Program-made: the position numbers and the translations under genes
Notes under the pieces: generated by a model
The model's database searches: none
What the model saw: only the letters and a program-made list of their open reading frames with translations
Told to the model about the DNA's origin: nothing
Shown here: positions 39,336-53,104 of the stretch, in pieces
Numbering within the stretch: position 1 is the stretch's first letter
How the letters are laid out: each line of letters opens with the position of its first letter
Source: Eledone cirrhosa
Taxonomy: Eukaryota
Assembly: GCA_964016885.1 (NCBI GenBank)
Contig: OZ024753.1
Location: forward strand, 7,812,001 to 7,876,000
Direction: 5' to 3'
DNA length: 64,000 bases

Positions 39336-39745
39336 TTAACCCTTTTAAACCGACCATATCCAGCCGGAATTCTCTCACCTATTTCTGTTCAAACTGGTTG
39401 TAACTGGCCACTCATACTGATGTTAAGGTATTGTTCTCAAAATAAGTAACATCAAAATCTCATAGATTCAATATTATGTGAGATAATTGTGAAGTAAAGG
39501 CTTTACTGTGAAAATACAATAGTATATATAGAGTAATGTAAATGCTAAAGGGTTTAACCGGCCGTCTCCAACCAAAATTCTCTCACCTCTTTCTGTTCAA
39601 ACTGGCTGTAATTGGCCTCTCTTACTGATAAGGTATTGTTCTCAAAATAAATAACATCAAAATCTCAGATTCGTTATGTGAGATAAAGACTTTGCAATGA
39701 AAATACAATAGTAAATATAGAGTAATGTAAAAGCTAAAGGGTTAA
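39336..39745 (+). mobile_element. Tandem pair of M1 piggyBac-like MITEs
   Basis: TTAACCCTTT start, AAAGGGTTAA end, body duplicated. Confidence 0.8.
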
Positions 39746-39869
39746 ATGTTTAATCAAATATGCTAATTTGGGAAATACATAAACCAAACTTGTAAATTGG
39801 ATAAGTGTCATGAAATATAAATGTCTCTTATATTATGCTGATTTAATACAGGAAGCTATAACCAAGAAT

Positions 39870-40200
39870 TTTTTTACTGGTTTTAGTCATTAGACTGCGG
39901 CCATGCTGGGGCACCACATTAAACAGATTTGGTTGATTGTATCAAATACAGTACTTATTTTCCAGGTCTAATATGTATTTTATCACACTTTTTTTTTTTT
40001 ATTGAACTGCTAAAGTACAGGACATATACCTCAGCATACTTGTATAAAACAAGGTGCTGCAGTTTGCATATACTAAATTTCACAAGGTAGGGGCCTAACT
40101 GAAATTTGAAAAGAAGGCATACTTATCCTAGATGCTATACATTGGCATTCAACCTGAAACCACATGGCTGCAAAACAGACTTATTAACCACACAGCTATG
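39870..40200. mobile_element. Old decayed SINE fragments
   Basis: AGTCATTAGACTGCGGCCATGCTGGGGCACC and a degraded tRNA-like head on the minus strand near 40140-40200. Confidence 0.45.
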
Positions 40201-41323
40201 CCTGGAATGTTTGTAGAGCATCTAATTAACGCTTGGTGTTTTGATTAGTAGGTGGAAATAGGCCTATTGTGGTAACTACTGATGAGGACTAATTAATCCA
40301 CTGTTTATAATTAAGTAGAACTAAATTTGTCTACTAATTAAATTGCATTACTTAGCACCAATCAAACGAAAATGTCTATGAGGCTGTTCTAACTTCTTCT
40401 AAAGTAATTTTTGATATTTAGACTTAAATATTTCATGATCTCTTCTGTGTATATATATATTTGGGTAATTAGTAGTTAAATGGATGAGTGGATAAGATAT
40501 TAATCTACAAACGCTTGATTCTTGAATCAAGCCTATTACAGAAGTTTTATTTTGATCTGACTACTTCAGTTGAGAGTGATATATACACATACATGCACTC
40601 ATGCACATTCACGCACTCATGTACATTCACGCACATGCACGCACACACACACACACATAAATACATGTACATCCACACTCTCATGCACATACACGCACAC
40701 TCACGCATACTCACACACACAAAGAAAGAGTGTATGTGTGCCGTCATCATTTAACATCTGTTTTTCTTAGCTTGTAAGAGTTGGCCGGTATTTCTCAAAC
40801 CAAACCAGTACACAAGTAGAATTACTGACTGGAAAGCATTTTCTTCAGCAGGTGTTGTTGCTTTTGTTGTTGTCACAAGGTTCTAAAAACCTTCGCTAAG
40901 TACAAGCCACTACCTCCCTACAGACAACTGATGCTGCATGCCAGGTCCGAACACGGAACAGCCGAACACCCTCTGTCATCGCCTCCATCTCTTTGTATTA
41001 TGAGCAAATGGGGGTGTTCCCATGTGATGCCCCCCCCCCCCCCTGGCGGACATAATGGAGAAGGCGTTTCTCCGGAGGACGGTGGTAAGGGAGATTGATC
41101 TCTCAGATAGACTGAGGAGGGGGGTGCCTACATCTGACATAAGTTCTCATGCTCCACTGTACTCCTAAACTACTCAACCATGCATGCAACTAGTGTAACA
41201 TAAAATTAAAAATACTGCCATAGAAACACAAAATAAAACTCCAAACCATATGTAAGGGAATAGAACTTACGTGGTAATTAGTACCTTGCAAACTCTTATT
41301 TCACATCAATATATGGATAAACT

Positions 41324-41538
41324 CAACCGTTTACCATTTACATTACTCTATATTTACTACTGTATTTTCAGGGTAAAGGCTTTATCTCACATAATATTGA
41401 ATCTATGAGATTTTGATATTATTTAGTTCGAGAACAATACCTTAACATCAGTGTGAGTGGCAGGTTACAACTAGTTTGAACAGAAAGAAATGAGAGAATT
41501 CTGGTTGGATATGGCTGGTTTAAATGCTAAAGGGTTAA
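41324..41538 (-). mobile_element. M1 MITE
   Basis: Reverse complement of M1; ends AAAGGG-TTAA. Confidence 0.8.
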
Positions 41539-41713
41539 GTTATTAATTTATCAAACTGCTTTTTCAGCATTGAGTGCTTTCATAATTATTTTTATTTTTG
41601 AATATGATGACAAGATCCCAGAACTCATTTGCTTACCAAATGGTGTGGAACTCATCAAATCAGATATCGGACCAAGGAAACAATGTTTTCGTAGGTCTTT
41701 CGTAATTTGTAAA

Positions 41714-42085
41714 TAATAATTGTTTCTATTTTTGGCACAAAGCTAGCAATTATCCCAGTGCATTACTGGTGCTTTATTTTATCGACCTCATAAGGATGAA
41801 AGGCAAAGTTAACCTCGGTGGGATTTGAACTCAGGTTGTAAAGGTCCGTAAATCTATACTGCAAAACATGGTGTCCGACCCTCTACTGATACTGCCAATC
41901 TACCACCCTTTGTAAATAATAATATTTGTAAATGTGTTCAAATCCTGCCGAAGTTAGCTTTGTTTTTCATCCTTACAGGGTCGATAAAATAAAGTACCAG
42001 TAATGCATTGGGTTGTATTTTAATCAACACCCCCCTCCCATCTACTCAAAAATTGTTGGCCCTATGCTTAAACCAGAAACCATAA
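41714..42085. mobile_element. S2 SINE (minus, 41714-41908; TSD TTTGTAAATAATAAT) plus partial S2 (plus, 41935-42085)
   Basis: S2 consensus; TSD at 41706-41720 and 41909-41923. Confidence 0.85.
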
Positions 42086-42500
42086 TTTAATGTTTTAAAC
42101 AAGAAACAATCTCATATTTTTCAAATCCTTGTGGATTTAGAAATGGAGATGATTAAGGTTACTTTAAAAATAAACAATGTTTATTTTATGGAAGAATTTA
42201 AATCTGGGAGTAATGTATTTAAGAAATTTAGGTGTAATATGATCGACGAGATCCCAGAACCTATTTGTTTACCAAACCAAATGGAATAGAACTCAACAAA
42301 TCAGATATCGAACCGAGGATACAAAGTTTTCATAGGTCCTTCCAATTGCCTAAATTATCTACGGAACACAGCCCCTGGCAGAAAGAGCTACATGAAACAA
42401 AATGTCTTGTTCAAAGACATAACACATCGCCCAGTCAGCAAATCAAGGTTTCCTAACCACTAGGCCATGCACCTTCTACACCATAATATTTAGATAGAAA

Positions 42501-43130
42501 GGCGGTGGAATGGCAGTATCGGTAGAGGGTCTGATGCCATGCTTTGCAGCATAGAGTTATGGCTCTTTATGTTCTAAGTTCAAATCCCGCTGAGATTAAC
42601 TTTGCCTTTCATCCTTACGGGATCGATAAAATAAAGTACCAGTAATGCACTGGGGTAATTGCTGGCCTTGTGCCAAAAGTAGAAACAATTATTATTACTC
42701 TCTGAGGTTAACTTTGCCTTTCATCCTTACAGGGTCGATAAAATAAAATTACCAGTCACGCACTGGGGTCGATTTAATCGACTTTCCCCTCCCCTGGAAT
42801 TGCTGGCCTATTAAGAAACCATTATTATTCTTCGAATTTGGCAGTATCGGTAGAGGGTCCGACGCCATGCTTTGACGCATAGAGTTACGGCCCTTGCCAT
42901 TCTGAGTTCAAAATCCGCCGAGGTTAATTTTGCCTTTCATCCTTACGGGGTCGATAAAATAAAGTACCAGTAATGCACTGGGATAATTGCTGGCCTTGTG
43001 CCAAAAGTAGAAACAATTTTTATTCCTCGAATTTAACTTTGCCTTTTATCCTTACAGGGTCGATAAAATAAAGTACCAGTAATGCACTGTGGTAATTGCT
43101 GGCCTTGTGCCAAAAGTAGAAACAATTATA
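42501..43130 (+). mobile_element. Array of four S2 SINE units (two full, two 5'-truncated)
   Basis: Units at ~42501, 42703, 42839, 43032. Confidence 0.9.
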
Positions 43131-43448
43131 TTTAGATATGTGTGCAAGAGACTGCACTAGCCATAATTAGCAAAATTAGCCTGGTTCTCTGTATCTTTGG
43201 TCGTTGATCTATCCACAAAAACTCAACTCGTCCTTTTTCCAGATACATGTCCAATAGAGATGTGACGGCTAATTATGTTCAGATATTCTTTTATCTATAA
43301 TATATTAATTACTATCAAAGGCTGATGTAATATATTTAATTATAATATAATTTAATAACCTCATAGAAACATTAAATAGGCTTGTATCTACAATTAATTC
43401 TATTCTCTTGATTAACAGTTAGTTGTTGAGGGCTGTTAAGCAACGCAC

Positions 43449-43954
43449 ATGTATGTATGTATGTGTATGTATATATGTGTATGTAGATGTATGTGTGTGT
43501 GTATATGTGTGTATGTATGTGTATATATGTGTGTATGTATGTGTATGTGTGTGTGTATATGTATATGTGTGTGTGTGTGTGTGTGTATGTATATATGTGT
43601 GTGTGTATATGTATATATGTGTGTGTGTGTATATGTATATATGTGTGTGTGTGTATATGTATATATGTGTGTGTGTGTGTATATGTATATATGTGTGTAT
43701 ATGTATATATATATGTATGTGTGTATGTATATGTGTATATATGTATGCGTGTATGTATATGTGTATATATATATATATGTGTGTGTATATATATATATAT
43801 ATATGCATGCATGTATATGTATATACATATATGTGTGTATGCATATGTGTTTGTATGTACATTTGTATGCATTTATATTTATATATATATATATATATAT
43901 ATCCCATGCAAGCGTGGAACACGGACGCTAAACCTGATGATGATGATGATGATG

Positions 43955-43985
<31 letters not shown>

Positions 43986-44092
43986 AACGCACACTATGCT
44001 ATATATATATAATTACAAACGCACACTATGCTATATATATATAATTACAAACACATACACTTATATATATTTATATATATATATTTATATAT
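43449..44092. repeat. TG/TA microsatellite containing a 55-bp SINE-tail stub (43902-43957)
   Basis: Direct reading. Confidence 0.93.
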
Positions 44093-44344
44093 TGGGAGAG
44101 TGAAAGAGATAGAGATCAAAGTTTCAAGCATTTTCCGAGTTGTGTTATTATACTTTAGATATCCAAGCTTGTTATACAAGCATCAGTTAAATGAATTTAA
44201 CTGATGACTAAATTTTATCATATTATTCCCTGTTTCATTTCATTTAACTAAGTTTGCATTCCTTTTGTGTCATCCTAATTTCACTGTAATTATTTGCTGC
44301 ATAGTATTAACTCTTCATATAGCCATAAATTATTCCTGTGTAAT

Positions 44345-44882
44345 GATGGATGAATGGTTAATGTGCTTGGCTATGAAACCACATCTTCTTGATTTCAAAG
44401 ATTCAATTATATGTAGTCTCAACGGTCCGTGCTTGTGTATAAGACATATCACTTTGTTTAGCTATGTCTGCCTGGCTGACAACCAGGTCCATGGATGTGT
44501 GGTTAATGTGCTTGGCTACGAAACCACATCTTCTTGATTTCAAAGATTCAAATACATGTAGTTTCAAAGGTCCGTGCTTGTGTATAAGACATATCACTTT
44601 GTTTAGCTATGTCTGCCTGGCTGACAACCAGGTCCATGGATGTGTGGTTAATGTGCTTGGCTACGAAACCACATCTTCTTGATTTCAAAGATTCAAATAC
44701 ATGTAGTCTCAAAGGCCCGTGCTTGTGTATAAGACATATCACTTTGTTTAGCTATGTCTGCCTGGCTGACAACCAGGTCCATGGATGTGTGGTTAATGTG
44801 CTTGGCTACGAAACCACATCAAAGATTCAAATTCATGCAGTCTCAAAGTCTGTTTGTTTAGCTATGTCTGCCTGGCTGACAA
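44345..44882 (+). repeat. 145-bp tandem repeat (~3.5 copies)
   Basis: GGTTAATGTG at 44356, 44501, 44646, 44791; inverted homologue at 52575-52748. Confidence 0.92.
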
Positions 44883-45067
44883 ATAAGTTCAATGTTGATT
44901 TCATACTTGAGCAGTTAACTGTGAGAAAAACAAATATGCAAGAGTTAGAATAATTGCTACAAAAATATCCAAGAGTTAGAATCTTTAAAATGATCCTAAA
45001 CAGACTCTTTATCAGCAAAACATACAGGTTTAATGCTAACGAAACGTGCGTATATATATATATATAT

Positions 45068-45265
45068 ATAACGAAAGTACCGTGGTAAGGAACCAGGTGG
45101 ACCATAACGCACCAGAGTACTCAATACTTAGGGTAGTAGAGTGGGTAATGGGAAAATGTTCAAGAACCCGACGGCAGAACTCAAGCCATTTCAACGGCTA
45201 TTTCAGTTCAGAAATAGCCGTTGAAACATCTTGAGCTTTGCCGTCAGGTTCTTGAACATTTTCCT
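45068..45265 (-). mobile_element. TA-anchored Penelope-like terminal fragment (family G) with 5' fold-back 45151-45264
   Basis: GGAAAATGTTCAAGAACC...AACGGCTATTTC agttca GAAATAGCCGTT...GGTTCTTGAACATTTTCC; homologue at 59795-59935. Confidence 0.6.
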
Positions 45266-45604
45266 CATCATCATCATTTCATTTTACGTCCGCTTTTTCC
45301 CTGCTTGCAAGGGTAGGACAGGAACTGATTCTGGCTTGATTTCTACAGCTGGATGCCCTTCCTAACACCAACCACATTTACAGTGAGTGCTAGGTGCTTT
45401 TTTGCCGTGGCACCTCCACGACCACTTTGCAGTGGAATGATAGGGACCCCAGTCCCTATCATCTCATTTCTACAGCTGAGTAAACTGGAGCAATGTGAAA
45501 TAAAGTGTCTTGCTCAAGGAAACAACACATCACCCGATCTGAGAATTGAACTCACAACCTTTCGATTGCAAGGCCAATGCTCTAACCACTAAGCCATGTG
45601 CCTC
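45266..45604 (-). mobile_element. Full-length SINE S1
   Basis: Reverse complement of 13068-13413. Confidence 0.92.
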
Positions 45605-45632
45605 CATTTATTTATATATATATTTATATATA

Positions 45633-45677
<45 letters not shown>

Positions 45678-46099
45678 CTGTGTGTATATATTATACACAC
45701 TCACTTTCTCACTCACTCACACACTCTCTCTATCTCTCTCTCTCTCACTCTTACACACATACACACACCCACACTCACACACACTCACAGATGCGTAAAG
45801 ATCTACACTCAACTTTAAAAATTAAAAGTAAGAGTTGGTGCCAGGAGGGACATCTACTTGAATGAAATTCTGCCTCAGATATTTTCACTCAACCCATACC
45901 AGCACGACAAACAAACAAACAAACACAAACAAACGGCCATTATGCACATTTAGGATCAGGTAACATTCTTAAATTTCCAAACTAGTCTCTATAGAAACTA
46001 CTAACTTCAATCATTAGTGTCCTGAATACATTGAATTACTTGATTGTACTTTGCAATTTCATTTGGACTGTAATTTCTCCTTGAACATAGTAACTTAAA

Positions 46100-46405
46100 A
46101 GATGATTATGACGATGATGACAATGGTGGTGATGGTGATGGTGATGAGGGTGGTGATGATGGTGATGGTGGTGATGATGATTATGGTGGTGATGGCGATG
46201 ATGATGATGATGATGATGATGATAGTAATGGTAATAGTATTAATAGTAGTAATAATAATAATAATAATGGTTTCTTTATTTCTTTATTTATTTTATTTAG
46301 TAATAGTAATAATAATAGTAATACTAATAGTAGTAGTAGTAATAATAATAGTAATAATAATAATAGTGATAGAAATAGTAATAATAACAATAGTAGTAAT
46401 AATAC
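46100..46405. repeat. Trinucleotide compound repeat (GAT/GGT)n-(TAA/TAG)n
   Basis: Direct reading. Confidence 0.92.
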
Positions 46406-46735
46406 TTTCTTTATTAACCACAAGGGTTTACACAAAGTAGACATTAAGGACAGTACAGGACAATACAGGACGGTACAAATGGACATTTCTGCATGTAAAA
46501 AACAAGAAACAGAGGATGTAATAATAGAACAATTAAAAAATTCCCCCAATAGGAGGGAGACTTCGGAGGGACATTCGTGGAGAAAGCCCATTAAAAGGCC
46601 ACGGTGACCCTGACCACCAGGGCAAGTGCCCTCTCCCAGTTTTCCACCTTTAATTTACACAGACACATACTCAGAGTAGGCCCATTCACTCGGGTCATTG
46701 TTGCTTCTCTCACCCATCTTTCAACAAAATGCAGG
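46406..46735 (-). mobile_element. Probable Tx1/L1-like LINE 3' fragment
   Basis: Minus strand FVERWVREATMTRVNG... then a UTR with AATAAA and a (TAT/TAC)n tail. Confidence 0.5.
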
Positions 46736-47920
46736 GAATAATAGTAGTAATAATACTAGTACTACTACTACTAATAATAATAATAGTAGTCATAATAATA
46801 GTAATACTAACAGTAGTAATACTAACAGTAGTAATAATAGTAGCCAGGTCTTTTCAAAACTCTGTCAAAATAGATTAACTCGATGAAGCTTAAATGTTGA
46901 GAATAGTGTTGAAACTGGAACAAAGGATATAAAGAAAGATATCCAAAGCAGCAAGTCGGCTAGAAATGTTTGTATTTATTGCTTAATTTATCTTTGATTT
47001 GGAGACAGGAAAACAGCATAGAAATCTGAGTAAAGTGTAGACTGAAGCAAGCAAGGGATGATGATGGCGTTGCTGAGGATGTGGAGAGGTGTGGATTTTT
47101 CTTTTGTTTTTCTCATTTCATGTGTATTGTTACATTGGATGAAAGGTGATGTGAACAATAAATCAAAATGGTTGTTATTCCTTTTGTTGTTCTTTCCCCA
47201 CTTTCTTCATTCAATGTTAATGTTTGGATTCTTCAAGGAATGAGACTTTCAAAAGTTCCTTCTCTTTCTGTTATATAGAACCAATATGTGTGTGTTATAT
47301 TTTTTGTTTGTTTCTTTCTTTCTTTCTTTCTTTCACCAAATACAACAAACCATAATGAAATCAATGTCTTTATAAAGCTGAAACCCTTTAGCATTCAAAC
47401 TAACCAAAACCAGTTTTGTCATAAAAACATTGCTGCTTGTTCAAAGCAGATATTCAAACACAACATTGTTGAAATATTATCTTTGGTAGCAAGCAGGAAG
47501 CCCTGCACAAAATCACAAAAATTATCAAGGTTTTCTGAAATTTCATCATGTATCTTTTAAATATATATGACTACAATATTGTTTGTCTTTGAAAAGTAGT
47601 CTAATTAGTTGGGCATATAGACCCTGGAGACAGAAAAAAATTGATGCTTATAACTTTCAAATTAAAAAAGAAACTTGCTATCATTCAACGGTTCTAAATA
47701 TAGATTGTTTACAATTAGCGAATTGGCAAAATCATTTGAAGGTCAGATAGAAGGTTTTGTGGTATTAGTTTTGGTGCTTTATTCTTTGAGTTCAAATCCT
47801 ACTGAGGTTAACTTTGCCTTTCGTCCATTCAAGGTCAATAAAAAAAGTACCAGTCTAGTACTGGAGTAAATTGTTCCTCTATATCTCTTTCTCTCTTCAA
47901 TTCTCTAACTCAGAAACCAT

Positions 47921-48570
47921 GGCAGTATCTGTAAAGGGTCGGACGCCATGCTTTGACGTATAGAGTTACGACCCTTGCCATTCTGAGTTCAAATCCCGCC
48001 GAGGTTAACTTTGCCTTTCATCCTTACGGGGTCGATAAAATAAAGTACCAGTAATGCACTGGAGTAATTACTGGCCTTGTGCCCAAAGTAGAAACAATTA
48101 TTAATTTGTAAATAATAATTGTTTCTACTTTTGAAACAAGACCAGCAATTACCCCAGTGCATTACTGGTAGTTTATTTTATCGACCTCGTAAGGGTGAAA
48201 GGTAAAGTTAACCACGGTGGGATTTGAACTCAGACCATAAAGGGGCGTAACTCTATGCTGGAAAGCATGGCGTCCGACCCTCAACTGATACTGCCAATCC
48301 ACCGCCCTTAAAGTGAAGCGTGTTGAGGTTGACAGGATTTGTACATATGGCCACTAGTTCACTACCCTAGTACGCTATCCAATCACCCACAAATAATAAT
48401 ATTTGTTAATGTGTTCAAATCCTACTGTAGTCAGCTTTGTTTTTCATCCTTACAGGGTCAATAAAATGAAGTACCAGTAATTCACTGAGTTGTGTTTTAA
48501 TGAACTCCCCCCCCCCCCCCACCCTGCTCAAAAATTGTTGGCATAATACCTAAATCAGAAACCATAATTT
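47921..48570. mobile_element. S2 SINE cluster (plus 47921-48102, minus 48113-48308, partial plus 48410-48570)
   Basis: S2 consensus; tail-to-tail pair. Confidence 0.88.
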
Positions 48571-50135
48571 AATGTTTTAAACAAGAAACAATCTTCACAT
48601 ATTTTCCAAACCCTTGTGGATTTAGAAATGGGGATGATTAAGGTTACTTTAAAAATAAACAATGTTTATTTTATGGAAGAATTTAAATCTGGGAGTAATG
48701 TATTTAAGAAATTTAGGCCTTCTTTTTCTGTGTTGAGAACATTAAACTAGGAAAAGGCTGCGAAATATTGATACAATGATGTCATTGCAATTTTATTAAT
48801 TTATTTCCAATAGAGAAGATACTGGACTTAGTTTTCTTGTTTGTTTTTGTTTGCAAACATATCATATAATCATATTCTGTTCTCCAGTTAGATTGTGTAG
48901 AAGCAAGGAAATATGGTTAGCAGTGAGAGATTGGGTAAATACAATGGTTGATGGTTTGAGCTGGCTGCAAAACGTTGAAGCAGTAATTGGATTTTAACCA
49001 TAATTTAGCTGCCTTAGCTTTTGCAAGAAAAGCTATTTTGCTACTCAAGTAAAAGATACTTCTGATGCAGCATGTGAAAAGAAACAAAGCAATTTGTATA
49101 TACACATTGTGGTTCATTATCGTTAGAGATTCTGTAAAGTATCTTACCAACTATCTTTCTGTTTTGTTTTATTTTATTTTATTTTATTTATTCCCATATT
49201 TTTCTTATTTATTTTTTTATTTTATTTTTTTTTATTTTTTTATTTTTCAAATTTTCCATTTCCTTTTTCTATTATGTGGTTCAAAATTTATGTTTTGCTA
49301 ATGGAATTATACGTAATTCTGTTGACTAAGATTCATATTAGCTGAAATTAGCCTGCAGAACTAACATAGGAATGTTAACACCAGTTTCCATTATAGACTT
49401 TCTTTCCAGCTAAATTTTGAAAGACAAAGTCTCTTGCTCAAGTAAGATGCTTGAATTCTAAAGCTATAAATATTCAGAACAGTTTCAGAAACTTTGGTAT
49501 TCTTCATGTCTAAAGAATTTGTGAATTTCATGAATTTATATTTTATCCTATGCTGATTTTGTTTATTTTTCTGTCTCTATCTACAAATAGTGTATCACCG
49601 AGTAATTTTAACTGTAGTTTTTACTATTCTGATATCAGCATTTTTGACACACATTAGCAATTCTTTGCTAGTTATTGTCTGAAACATTTTATCCAATCTT
49701 ATACACATACTCACACAATACATAGATATATAATCAAATATAACAATAGGTCATATGTATGTATGTATTTTCTTTTTCTTTGATTCTTGAGCTGTAACTT
49801 TGTGGCATGACTTTGTGTTTAGTTATTCACTAACTTAACCTTTAAACACACACTCACACACATATATATACTTAGACACCTTCATATACATACTCACAAA
49901 CACACACACATACACACACAAATATATATATATATATACACACACATACATTTCTAAAAAAAAAAATAAATGAATATATATATATAAACGTGCACATTCA
50001 GAAAACCTTGAAACTTTGAGATAAAATGTTTTGATGAAATAAAATTGACATTATATCAATGTTTAACATACCCTTCAAAAAATAGATAGAGATTTTCACC
50101 AAAATTTGCTATGTAATATTATTTTTCTTACTTTA

Positions 50136-50313
50136 TAGGTAAAATTTCGTTACAACGAATACCATTATAACGAATTTTTCAGTATAACAAATTTTTTTAA
50201 AATCCCTAGCCCCATGCTTTATGTGTTAGGTTGATCTCGTTATAAATAATTTTTCGTTACAACGAATTTTTTTTTATACCCCCTGAATTTCGTTATAACG
50301 GAATTTCACTGTA
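50136..50313. mobile_element. pogo/Tigger-like (Tc1-mariner) MITE
   Basis: Right end TTCGTTATAACGGAATTTCACTG-TA; degenerate left end TA-GGTAAAATTTCGTTACAACGAA; repeated GTTAYAACGAA motifs. Confidence 0.7.
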
Positions 50314-50769
50314 TATGTTTAAATTGTATTTGTATATATATGGAAAGTGGACGTTAAACGATGATGATGATGATTTATGGATTTATGTTGCCTGCAAATT
50401 TGTGGTATCATTAATAGAGGAGCTGTTTTTGTTTTTCAATTGATAAATCTATTTTTGAGAAGGGGGCACGCTAGAATAGACCTGGTGCGTGCGGGGGGGG
50501 GGGGGGGGGGGGCAGCAGGCTCATGTAAACAAATGCCAGAGTACAAAATGACATGATGAGGCTGTCACTTTGCAGTGGACAGATAATGACCGAGAAAGGG
50601 GAGGATGAATCACATGTTCATATTTTTATTTCTGTATTTTATTGGGGTAACATTTTATTGGTAAGCACATAGCAAGCTGAATCTGTGGCACAGGTTTCAT
50701 TTAAATGTGTACTCAGTGGCATGTTGTTGGGGGTATGTGGGAGAGCAACTGTACCCCATAAAACATAAT

Positions 50770-50955
50770 TGTCAGAAAATTCAATCATTTTTGTTGGAAA
50801 ATTTAGTCATTGTTGTTAAAAAATTTAGTCATTGTTGTCAAGAAATTTTGTCACTTTTGTCAAAAAATTTTGTCACTTTTGTCAAAAAATGTTGTCATTT
50901 TTGCCAAGAAATTTGTCATTTTTGTCAAAAAAATTACTCATTTTTGTCAGAAAAT
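50770..50955 (+). repeat. Degenerate ~22-bp minisatellite (AAAAATTTTGTCATTTTTGTC)
   Basis: Direct reading. Confidence 0.7.
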
Positions 50956-51756
50956 TATGAATGTCTTCACCCCTCCAAAAAAATGATTGAAACAATACAC
51001 TTATTGTTGTACTATTTTACATACTCATTATAAGTGATTTCTGATAATGAGCAATAGCATGCCTTTCTCTTGACACTTCACATACAATAATCAAATATTG
51101 TTAATAGTTATAGAATATTTTCTCTTTTTTTTTTTTTTTATTAATGGGACAACTATATTCAAATTTGATTTACTTTATTGTCAGCACTTTTAAATGATTA
51201 TTTTATGCTCCTTGGTTTGGAGTATTAATTGTTCTTAATTCATTGTGTCATTGATGTTTTCAGCTCTCTGTGACCTTTTCTCTGTCGTGTATATGTCAAG
51301 GCTAAAATCCTTTGGAATTTATCGAAAATAATTATGGGTTTGATTCATTGCATCTCTTGTGTTTCATTGAATGATTTCCAGGTTTGAAATTTCAGATAAA
51401 TTGCCAGGTTATAGCTATTTGGGCATGGCGGGGAAGCAGATGTAGTGAGATATGCAGAGATTTGCTTGGAGATCTGTCTTCCTTTCCATTGTTTGGAAGA
51501 GATCGAGAGTGAAGCAGATTTTTTTTTTCTGTTGTGTGCAAATGAACAGATCAATTATGTGACTTAAATTACCATATAGCTCCTGGTGCTATAGAGATGA
51601 TTTTTATATTTCATTTTATTTAGTGTGAGATTCAGTGATGTGATGACATAATAGTTTGTGCTACCCTATGTGCCTAAAAGTCTAAAGTCTGTCTCATGTT
51701 TGGAGGGTCATCAGGTCGATGCCGTCCAGGTTTTCATAGTATGAAGTGACTAAGAG

Positions 51757-52170
51757 TCTTCTTCTTCTTTTCGTATCTTCGAAGCATGTGCTTATATGAC
51801 AGTTTCCTATTTCTTTACACAGTCCTTTGCATTATTATTAAATTCTGCGAGATCTTTTAAGCTGCACTGGTTGGGTAGTAGAGGGCAAACAAGGCAGTGC
51901 TGCATTGTATGGTCCTCCTCCCCGCATTAACAGATGGCTGGGCCCCGGTCTTGTAGCCCCATCTGGCCATAGCAGTTTTTGATCGCCCCATTCCTGTTCT
52001 CAGGTGGTTGAGTCTTCCACTGGACCCCATGGTGCTTCTGAGCTAGGAGGGAGGGCTTCAGAAGGGGGGGATTCCCATGTCAATAGGAGGGGAGTCATTC
52101 TCTAGCTTTCTAGTCTATAGCTGTAGTCTGGTATCTTCCTGAGATGTTGTTAGGGGCTGGACATGGCTGA
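51757..52170 (-). mobile_element. Vingi/Ingi-like LINE 3' fragment, second copy
   Basis: Highly similar to 28333-28751. Confidence 0.72.
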
Positions 52171-52436
52171 GGAATCTGCCATAAACCTGAATAGAGAAAA
52201 AATAAGTGAATATATAAAGTAAGAAAATCTTTGTACTAACATTAACTGAACAACATCAATGTTAGGAGGAAAACAATATTCTCGTGGATAAACATCTCAA
52301 GATTGCTATATATAGTGAAAACAAATTCAATTGAAAATCTTCAAGGATGGTATGGCATGGTCCTGTAACTCCTGATGGAGTTTTAGGGGTGCCTTAGTGG
52401 CATACAGATTTCCTTGGCCATTTTAACCCTTTACCA

Positions 52437-52748
52437 CAGTCATGGGCAACCTGCAGCCTGCGAAGCTTTCTGAATGGCTCGCCTAAGTCACCTAAGTGAA
52501 ATCTTTCTGATTTTTTTACCCCAACTTTTCAGTCGTAATTTATCTTTCTATCATTTTTACGAACAAGGAAAACATGTATGATTCATAGCCAAGCACATTA
52601 ACAACACATCCATGGAACCTGGTTGTCAGCCAGGCAGACATAGCTAAACAAAGTGTGATGTCTTATGCCCAAGCACAGACTTTGAGACTGCATGTATTTG
52701 AATTTTTTAAATCAAGATGATGTGGTTTCATAGCCAAGCACATTAACC
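52437..52748 (+). mobile_element. hAT-like MITE end followed by the 145-bp repeat unit
   Basis: CAGTCATGGGCAACCTGCAGCCTGCG resembles hAT TIRs (CAG..GTGGGCAACCTGCGGCCCGCG); 52575-52748 is the reverse complement of the 44345-44882 unit. Confidence 0.55.
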
Positions 52749-52958
52749 CTTTAGCATTTAAACTGGCAGAATCCGGTCAGAATTCTCTCACCTCTTTCTG
52801 TTCAAACTGGCCATAACTGTCTGCTCATAGTGATGTTAAGGTATTGTTCTCAAAATAAATAATATCAAAATCTCATGGATTCGATATTATGAGAGATAAA
52901 GCCTTTACCTCGAAAATAAAATAGTTTATATATAGTCATGTAAATGGTAAAGGGTTAA
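52743..52958 (+). mobile_element. M1 piggyBac-like MITE with intact TTAA-CCCTTT...AAAGGG-TTAA ends
   Basis: Direct reading of termini. Confidence 0.88.
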
Positions 52959-53104
52959 GCCTAGTGGAGTCCAACCCTTTCCAGGTCTTCACTGATATAA
53001 AAGATAATAAAATGATGAAAAAAAGGCTGAGTGTTAGTTGTTATGCCCTCCAGCTTCACCACCAGTTGTTGTATTTGTGGTGAATTTATGTTGTAATTTT
53101 GTAT

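Noticed and set aside
40278-40305. CTGATGA followed by a hairpin (also 44201, 54428, 55042, 57930, and minus strand 33749-33755)
   Set aside because: No correctly placed GAAA, or no stem I/III pairing, so not hammerheads
40880-41120. GC-richer segment, possibly a TE remnant
   Set aside because: No identifiable motif or second copy in the window
46102-46591. Hydrophobic poly-M/V/I or poly-L membrane-protein-like ORFs
   Set aside because: Trinucleotide repeat translations
51376-51515. Possible host exon after TTCCAG (also 48888-48915 and 33697-33860)
   Set aside because: No recognisable protein, no convincing splice pair or open frame; cannot be supported without transcript data
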